Assembly (NCBI RefSeq): GCF_018336915.1
Contig: NZ_CP064923.1
Coordinates: forward strand, 1,770,001 to 1,802,000
Origin: Acaryochloris marina S15
Lineage (GTDB): Bacteria; Cyanobacteriota; Cyanobacteriia; Thermosynechococcales; Thermosynechococcaceae
Reading direction: 5' to 3'
DNA: 32,000 bases
Part shown: one piece after another, positions 25,855 to 32,000 of the stretch
Layout: each line of letters begins with the position of its first letter
Position numbering within the stretch: position 1 is the stretch's first letter
Notes under the pieces: model-generated
The model's database searches: none
What the model was told of the DNA's origin: nothing
Seen by the model: the letters and a program-made list of their open reading frames with translations, nothing else
Translations under genes and position numbers: made by a program

Positions 25855-27750
25855 TTAGACCGCTACAGGCTCATCTGCAGTCTGGACATGGACTTCAGGA
25901 TGGACCTTAGCGAGCATCTCTCGGAGACCATCGCCCTCAATCACTTCCTTCTCCAGCAGTTGCTCAGAAATCATCTCCAGCAGCTCCTTATTCCCCTTCA
26001 GGATAGTGAGCGCTTCTTGGTGAGCCTTCTCCACAATGCCCTTCACTTCCTTATCAATCTCCTTGGCCGTCTCATCGCTCACAGCCCGGCGAGCATTCAT
26101 CCCCCCACCGAGGAAATTATTCTGCTGTCCCTTGTCATAAGCTAGAGGACCTAACACCTCACTCATGCCGTAAGACGTCACCATCTGCTCCGCTAGATCC
26201 GTCGCTCTTTGTAAATCATTAGAAGCACCCGTCGTGATACTACCGAAGATGACCTCCTCTGCAGCCCGTCCACCTAACAGAGTGGCAATCTGACCGCGCA
26301 GCTCAGCCTCATTCAACAAGAACCGATCTTCCGTAGGCACTTGCAACGTGTAACCCAAGGCAGCCATACCGCGAGGAACAATGGAAATCTTCTCCACTTG
26401 ATCTGAACCGGACATCTTGGCCCCGACAAGGGCATGACCGACCTCGTGGTAAGCCACAATCTTCTTCTCCTTCTCATTGAGCACACGGCTCTTCTTCTCT
26501 AGACCAGCCACCACTCGCTCAATCGCTTCAGCAAAGTCTTGAGTCTCCACCACCTTGTTGCCGCGTCGGGCTGCTAGTAGTGCCGCTTCATTCACCAAGT
26601 TGGCTAAGTCAGCCCCGGCAAAACCAGGAGTACGAGTGGCCATAGCCTTAAGGTCAACATTGTCACCGAGCTTCACTTTCTTGGCATAGATTTCCAAGAT
26701 AGCCAGACGACCCGTGAGATCAGGACGGTCTACCAGTACTTGACGGTCAAATCGACCGGGACGCAGTAGTGCTGGGTCTAAAGTCTCAGGACGGTTAGTT
26801 GCAGCAAGAACGATAACAGTTGCATCTCCAGCCCCAAACCCATCCATTTCAGTTAGGAGCTGGTTGAGGGTTTGTTCCCGCTCATCATTCCCGCCGACAA
26901 AACCATTTCCACCAGACCGAGATTTACCAATGGCATCCAATTCGTCAATAAAGATAATGCAAGGCGCTTTCTTCTTAGCTTGTTCAAACAAGTCCCGGAC
27001 TCGGGCCGCACCAGTACCAACAAACAGTTCTACAAATTCTGAACCCGAGATACTGAAGAACGCAACCCCAGCTTCACCGGCGACAGCCTTAGCCATCAAC
27101 GTTTTACCCGTTCCAGGAGGTCCAACTAAAAGAACACCTTTAGGAATCTTGGCACCAATGTCTGTGAATCGCTTAGGAGACTGGAGGAACTCGACAATTT
27201 CTTCGAGTTCAGCTTTGGACTCTTCAACTCCAGCAACATCATCAAAGGTGACCTTATTGTCATCGCCTTCGACATAGACTTTGGCTTTGTTCTTGGTCAC
27301 AGAGAGGGCACCTTGGGGACCACCGCCGCCCATGCCACCACGACTAAAGAATTGGAAGATGGCGACGAAGATGACGGGGGGAATGACCCAGCTCAGTAGG
27401 GTGGTGAACCAGCGATTGCCCGCAGGAGGGGTAGCGGCGAATTCGACGCCTTTAGATTCGAGAAGCTTGGGGAGTTCTAGGTCAAAGATAGGAGTGGTTT
27501 CTAAAAGCTGTCCTGCCTGATCATCGGCATTTTTGATTTGATATCGGATAATGTCTTGGCCAACGGAGACCCGGGAGACTTCTTCATCTTGAACTTGCTC
27601 AAGGAAGAAGCTATAGGGCACTTTGGGAACTCGTGGTCCTGTAATAAAAGGAACAACCAGATTCACTATTAGGAGAATTGCAGGGACAAACAGCAGAATA
27701 GTGGTGATGGGGTTCGGTCGTGGGCGTTGAGGCTTTTCATTGACTGGCAT
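25855..27750 (-). CDS. ftsH: ATP-dependent zinc metalloprotease FtsH
   Basis: Walker A GPPGTGKT, Walker [12 protein letters not shown] region [18 protein letters not shown], and the zinc site HEVGHA. ATG at 27750 (MPVNEKPQ) has an AAGGAAAG RBS; the track start at 27834 is a GTG. Confidence 0.95.
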   Translation of the reverse strand: MPVNEKPQRPRPNPITTILLFVPAILLIVNLVVPFITGPRVPKVPYSFFLEQVQDEEVSRVSVGQDIIRYQIKNADDQAGQLLETTPIFDLELPKLLESKGVEFAATPPAGNRWFTTLLSWVIPPVIFVAIFQFFSRGGMGGGGPQGALSVTKNKAKVYVEGDDNKVTFDDVAGVEESKAELEEIVEFLQSPKRFTDIGAKIPKGVLLVGPPGTGKTLMAKAVAGEAGVAFFSISGSEFVELFVGTGAARVRDLFEQAKKKAPCIIFIDELDAIGKSRSGGNGFVGGNDEREQTLNQLLTEMDGFGAGDATVIVLAATNRPETLDPALLRPGRFDRQVLVDRPDLTGRLAILEIYAKKVKLGDNVDLKAMATRTPGFAGADLANLVNEAALLAARRGNKVVETQDFAEAIERVVAGLEKKSRVLNEKEKKIVAYHEVGHALVGAKMSGSDQVEKISIVPRGMAALGYTLQVPTEDRFLLNEAELRGQIATLLGGRAAEEVIFGSITTGASNDLQRATDLAEQMVTSYGMSEVLGPLAYDKGQQNNFLGGGMNARRAVSDETAKEIDKEVKGIVEKAHQEALTILKGNKELLEMISEQLLEKEVIEGDGLREMLAKVHPEVHVQTADEPVAV

Positions 27751-27950
27751 TGTGGCTTTCCTTTGGGTAATAGAGTTAACGGTCTGATCGATGAGGATTG
27801 AAATGTTTCTATTAAAAGATGCGGCTTGACTCACACTTGGCTATCATTGCGGCTTACTTGATAGCGGAACTATTAGAGCCGGGATGAAGCGGTTGCCTTG
27901 ACTAGAGTGGAATAGTGGATTCACATAAACTGCAAGAAATCAAAATGACT

Positions 27951-27968
27951 TTTGTAACTTTATGTAAA
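27951..27968 (-). promoter_or_regulatory. HLR1 (RpaB-type high-light regulatory) box upstream of ftsH
   Basis: The minus strand reads TTTACATA-AA-GTTACAAA, a perfect match to (G/T)TTACA(T/A)(T/A)-N2-(G/T)TTACA(T/A)(T/A). It lies about 200 nt upstream of the ftsH ATG. Confidence 0.5.
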
Positions 27969-28216
27969 CTATGTTAACTTTTTTGTTACAAATCGTCAAT
28001 CGAATTTGTATATGCATGGATTAGATGGTGATGGACCGTTTATATATCTAGATCAAAATCGTCGATTTATTGGTTATATTTCCTGAAAATGAAGACTATT
28101 TGGGATTTAATCGTTATTTATGAAGTGCCAATCTATTTTCTTTGTAGAGGAGGGTGTTTCTGTTGAGCATTGGTTGGGACTCAGTCTAGGAAATGGATAT
28201 TTGCGCTAGAAGCATA

Positions 28217-28252
28217 TAAAAAATACCCTTGCTCAAAGCGAGCAAGGGTATT
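28217..28252 (-). terminator. Rho-independent terminator of the hli gene
   Basis: AATACCCTTGCTC-5 nt-GAGCAAGGGTATT is a perfect 13-bp stem, followed on the minus strand by TTTTT. Confidence 0.7.
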
Positions 28253-28346
28253 GGAGGTTTGATAGAAATTGGGCTAATAAGCTAGAGAATGGCAGCAGTG
28301 CTGTTTCTCAATGAGAAGGGGCACACAATCGATATGCTGCTGAGTT

Positions 28347-28505
28347 TTAGTAACTAAACAAGGAAAGAATTTGTGCCAGCATTCCTTCGCCAGAAATGAC
28401 TTCAGTAACATAGCCTAGGAGAAAGCCAAGCATTGCTAGGCGACCGCCGAAATTTTCAGCAAAGTCAGTGAAGCCCCACATTGGTTCTGGATCTGATGGG
28501 TTCAT
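28347..28505 (-). CDS. hli: High-light-inducible protein (Hlip/Scp, one-helix CAB family), 52 aa
   Basis: Below the ORF-track size cutoff; my translation is MNPSDPEPMWGFTDFAENFGGRLAMLGFLLGYVTEVISGEGMLAQILSLFSY. It contains the CAB motif E..NGR.AM.GF. GGAG lies upstream of the ATG. Confidence 0.85.
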   Translation of the reverse strand: MNPSDPEPMWGFTDFAENFGGRLAMLGFLLGYVTEVISGEGMLAQILSLFSY

Positions 28506-28520
28506 AGGGTCAAGGCTCCG

Positions 28521-28538
28521 TAAGTACCTTAATGTAAC
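28521..28538 (-). promoter_or_regulatory. HLR1-like box just upstream of hli
   Basis: The minus strand reads GTTACATT-AA-GGTACTTA. The first half-site matches 8 of 8 and the second 6 of 8. It ends 15 nt before the hli ATG. Confidence 0.4.
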
Positions 28539-28730
28539 TTTATATTAAGTATATGATATTACGTAAGTTTTTTGTGGATTGAGCACAAGCAACTTTAACT
28601 ATTCACGCTTGAAGTTAATAATATCAATTTCCTTAAGGTAACGATAGCCTTTGGTCCTCGCCAATCTTAGATTTGAGCTTAGCTATTCCATAAAAATAAA
28701 ACAGGTATCATATCCATCGATCAATCTTGC

Positions 28731-29090
28731 TTAAGACCGGTTTCGCGTTATTTCGATGGTGATGCGGCCTGAAAAGTCAGGAATCGGAGCAGCAACTTTC
28801 GTGAGTTTGACGCTGACCTTCTCAAGGCTGGAGTGGAGGAGGAGTTGTTCAGCGATGGCGGTTGCTAAGCGCTCTATCAACGCATATTTAGACTGGTGAA
28901 TTAGCTGTTTTACCTGGTCAATAATCTGGCGATAGTCCACCGTATCTTCGATGCGATCGCTACGACCAGCCGCCGCTAAATCTACCCACAGGACTAAATC
29001 CACTTCAAACCACTGCCCCAGGACCTGTTCTTCGGGTAAAAACCCTGTGTATCCGTAGCTGCGGATGCCATTCAAGTGTATACAATCCAT
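28731..29090 (-). CDS. folB: Dihydroneopterin aldolase
   Basis: 119 aa. IRSYGYTGFLPEEQVLGQWFEVDLVLWVDL...DTVDY matches FolB. Confidence 0.9.
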   Translation of the reverse strand: MDCIHLNGIRSYGYTGFLPEEQVLGQWFEVDLVLWVDLAAAGRSDRIEDTVDYRQIIDQVKQLIHQSKYALIERLATAIAEQLLLHSSLEKVSVKLTKVAAPIPDFSGRITIEITRNRS

Positions 29091-29305
29091 CTGGATACCC
29101 TTAAAAGTGAGGATTATAGTCCCTCATGGACATAAAGTTGATAGATGAATAATCAACTTAAGAAATAACTACTCGAATGAACCTCAAATCGGTCATACTT
29201 ATGAGTAGAGGTAACGGTAGTTTTAGAAATTTTGTTTTTAGCCTTTGGTATTTTCAACCTATAGCGTAGCTATTGTTACCCCTTGATCTTGCATAGCATT
29301 TGTGG

Positions 29306-30058
29306 ATGAGTGCACAACAACTGCGTCGGTTTGTCATCGGGGATATTCATGGCCACTATCAAGGGTTGCTGGATCTAGTCTCTCTACTGGAACTCGGCGA
29401 ATCTGATCAAATCTACTTTTTAGGTGACCTTATTGATCGAGGCCCTGATAGCTCTAAAGTCGTAGATTTTGTGCGCGAGCAGTCCTACACCTGTTTGTTA
29501 GGAAATCATGAACAGTTGATGGTGGCGGCTCTGGCGAATCTTTCGCCGAATTCATCCGTGTTGCAAATGTGGTTACAGGCAGGGGGGCGAGAAACCCTGC
29601 AGAGCTACAGCTCCAAACAGCATCTTTGGGAGCATTTGAGTTGGATTAAAACCCTGCCGAATCATCTCGATCTAGGAGATTATTGGCTAGTGCATGCTGG
29701 GATTGATCCAGAGCTGCCATTAGAACGCCAGACTGCCCAGGAATTTTGTTGGATTCGTCGAGAATTTCACAATATGCCCCAGCCCTACTTCCCTGACAGA
29801 ATGATTATTACCGGCCATACAATGACCTTTACGTTTTCGGGGGTTGAACCCGGTCAAATTGTCCAAGGGGCGGGCTGGCTAGGGATTGATACAGGGGCTT
29901 ACCATCCTGGGAGTGGTTGGTTAACGGCCCTAGAACTTTCCTCCTCCACTGTGTATCAGATTAATGTCCATAGCCATGCGTCTCGGGTAAAGCCCCTGGC
30001 AGATGTATTGGTGTCTTTGCCCCATGGCCAAGACACCCTATCGATTGCCAATGTCTAG
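29306..30058 (+). CDS. Metallophosphoesterase (PPP-family Ser/Thr phosphatase / ApaH-like)
   Basis: GDIHGH, GDLIDRGPDS and GNHE motifs in the canonical order. ATG at 29306; the track start at 29300 is a TTG. Confidence 0.85.
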   Translation: MSAQQLRRFVIGDIHGHYQGLLDLVSLLELGESDQIYFLGDLIDRGPDSSKVVDFVREQSYTCLLGNHEQLMVAALANLSPNSSVLQMWLQAGGRETLQSYSSKQHLWEHLSWIKTLPNHLDLGDYWLVHAGIDPELPLERQTAQEFCWIRREFHNMPQPYFPDRMIITGHTMTFTFSGVEPGQIVQGAGWLGIDTGAYHPGSGWLTALELSSSTVYQINVHSHASRVKPLADVLVSLPHGQDTLSIANV

Positions 30059-30071
30059 TTAGAACATAAAA

Positions 30072-30105
30072 AATCAGGTGTTGAGAGAAGCCCCAACACC
30101 TGATT
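30072..30105. terminator. Bidirectional hairpin between convergent genes
   Basis: AATCAGGTGTTG-10 nt-CAACACCTGATT is a 12-bp stem with A/T runs on both sides. Confidence 0.65.
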
Positions 30106-30130
30106 CTAGAAGTCTATAGATAGGAATGTG

Positions 30131-31135
30131 TTACACGCCAACCGGTTCAGAGACCTTGGTTGCGGTCAACTTCTCATAAGTCGAACGCATTTTTAGCCCT
30201 GCAATCACCTGGAACAAGCCAGAGCCATTGTTAGACCCGGGATAATCTCTGTGCTTCAGCAGCAATTCAGTCATCTCGCCTTCAAACTTAGTAGAGGTAT
30301 TGCTGAGATGGCCTTCGATATAAATGACTTCATCCAGTCTCTCAAACTGACCGTCCACTTCAAGAACAGAAACGGCGTTACCGTAATAGTCATCAGGGCC
30401 ATAGGCCATTTTGATGCCGGGATAAGAACAGGTCAACTTACGGCCACAGGGAATCCAGTTGATGGTCGATCCTTCATCAAACAGGTATACCGGAGCAAAA
30501 TCAGGCACACCGTCTTTTTGAATCAATCGGACTCGCAGGATGCTGCCGGGCTTCTCTTCTTTGAGAAGCTGAGTCGGTAAGATTTGAATCACAACATCAG
30601 CATGTTGTTTTTGGGGGTCAATATAGGCTTCAAAGTCAGTGCGGCGAGCATTGATAGAGGCAAGAACGTCCTCATAGGTGTGACCCCGCTCAGCCATATC
30701 TCGCTGAATCTTCCAGGCAATTTTGACTTCATCGCTAATGTCTAAATAAACGCTGAAATCAATCAGTCCTCGAACCCGCTCATCATGGAGCGGATGCAGA
30801 CCCTCAATCACGATCACATGGTTGGGGTCGACACGTTCAGGGGGATCAAGGAGACCTGTTTCGTGGTTGTAAATGGGCTTATCAATTGATTGACCACTTT
30901 TGAGGGTTTTGATTTGTTCGTACATCAAATCAAAGTTATTGGCTCTAGGATCTAGAGCAGTAATACCTGTTTCCTTCCGTTGATAACGATCCAAGCTGTG
31001 GTAATCATCTAGGCAAATAACCGTGATGAATTGCTCCCCAAATAGATCCTCCAGTCGGCGCAGGAAAGTAGATTTACCGCATCCAGAGTCACCGGCAACG
31101 CCGATTAGAACAACACGGTCTGGTTTAGTGGTCAT
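30131..31135 (-). CDS. prk: Phosphoribulokinase
   Basis: MTTKPDRVVLIGVAGDSGCGKSTF (P-loop) and strong overall Prk-like sequence. ATG at 31135 has an AAGGAAAT RBS. The track's longer N-terminus is unlikely. Confidence 0.95.
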   Translation of the reverse strand: MTTKPDRVVLIGVAGDSGCGKSTFLRRLEDLFGEQFITVICLDDYHSLDRYQRKETGITALDPRANNFDLMYEQIKTLKSGQSIDKPIYNHETGLLDPPERVDPNHVIVIEGLHPLHDERVRGLIDFSVYLDISDEVKIAWKIQRDMAERGHTYEDVLASINARRTDFEAYIDPQKQHADVVIQILPTQLLKEEKPGSILRVRLIQKDGVPDFAPVYLFDEGSTINWIPCGRKLTCSYPGIKMAYGPDDYYGNAVSVLEVDGQFERLDEVIYIEGHLSNTSTKFEGEMTELLLKHRDYPGSNNGSGLFQVIAGLKMRSTYEKLTATKVSEPVGV

Positions 31136-31386
31136 AACTACGATTTCCTTTATACATCCTATCTCAACAGCAACTAACCCCAGGCACCAACCCGTATGAG
31201 AAGGGGTTTGCACAGATAGAGCATTAATATTGCTCCCTTCTGATATTACTAGGCGTTTGTACCCTCTGGATAGCCAAACCTAGAAGAGACCCCAATCATG
31301 TGGCCGTCCATTCAGAGACTGGGGATAGCGCAAATTTCTTTAGTAGTTCCTATGCTACCAAGATTAGAGCGGTTAACTCACGATGA

Positions 31387-31731
31387 TTACTCAGGCTGAT
31401 CTACGGGGTCAGATTCAGGAGGCGTAGGAGACGATGTGAGATTCTGCCAGAGGATCTGGACGGATAAAGCGCTTAAACCCAATGCTGCCATGCAGAAAAT
31501 TCCGGTGGCTAAGGTGCTTAACCCCACTACTAAGGTCTTGAGGGCAATGGCGATTTTAACGGCCGTTTGATTATCCGATGTGAACGGATGTTCAGCAAAA
31601 GACTGGGCAATTTTAGATGAAAGTTTAGCTAGAGGGAAAGCCATGGTTCCAGCCATAACAGCGCCGGTCATGGTTCGCCAAATGCTGGGAGGATTAGGCT
31701 TATTTGTGGATGGTGACTCAGACATGGGCAA
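31387..31731 (-). CDS. Hypothetical membrane protein
   Basis: 114-aa ORF with two hydrophobic segments. The start may be the Met at 31725. Confidence 0.55.
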   Translation of the reverse strand: MPMSESPSTNKPNPPSIWRTMTGAVMAGTMAFPLAKLSSKIAQSFAEHPFTSDNQTAVKIAIALKTLVVGLSTLATGIFCMAALGLSALSVQILWQNLTSSPTPPESDPVDQPE

Positions 31732-31795
31732 ACTTTTTCAGCGGATGATGGCAGGGGAATAATTTCACTATAGTAAAGCGTTGGAGATTTTTTGA

Positions 31796-32000
<205 letters not shown>

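Noticed and set aside
25888-27520. Three + strand ORFs (25888-26145, 26864-27277, 27281-27520) inside the ftsH locus
   Set aside because: They are antisense shadows of a strongly supported ftsH frame. Their compositions are P/S/R-rich and they carry no motifs.

Overview
All calls were made by eye, so family names rest on recognised motifs and not on database searches. The window looks like cyanobacterial chromosome. I counted eight copies of the HIP1 octamer GCGATCGC, and it carries prk, ftsH, a high-light-inducible (Hlip) gene, folB, trxB and a Pcb/IsiA-type chlorophyll-binding gene. Conserved blocks at about 1.5-7.3 kb, 15.7-18.3 kb and 23.5-32 kb alternate with AT-richer stretches that lack HIP1. 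These stretches hold four insertion sequences: a partial Tn5-like IS4 at 1-1346, an IS1-family element at 9093-10160, an IS4/IS1634-like element at 11285-13049 and an IS982-family element at 21404-22369. The IS4/IS1634-like element splits the pcb/isiA-like gene with a clean 6-bp target duplication, and removing it restores the frame. The regions most worth follow-up are: (1) a co-oriented run of small unrelated genes at 18.4-23.2 kb, where one ORF is bracketed by integron-like core (GTTRRRY) and inverse-core (RYYYAAC) heptamers next to attC-like folds, with no integrase in the window; (2) 1.7-2.0 kb of very AT-rich DNA with no ORF of 60 aa or more, upstream of the broken pcb gene; (3) an AT-rich islet at 7.3-10.2 kb with two paralogous two-TM genes, flanked by a 22-nt direct repeat. 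Several pseudogenising lesions and two HLR1-type high-light boxes (upstream of ftsH and hli) are also visible. I found no CRISPR array, tRNA or rRNA. I did not recognise a complete known defence or secretion system.
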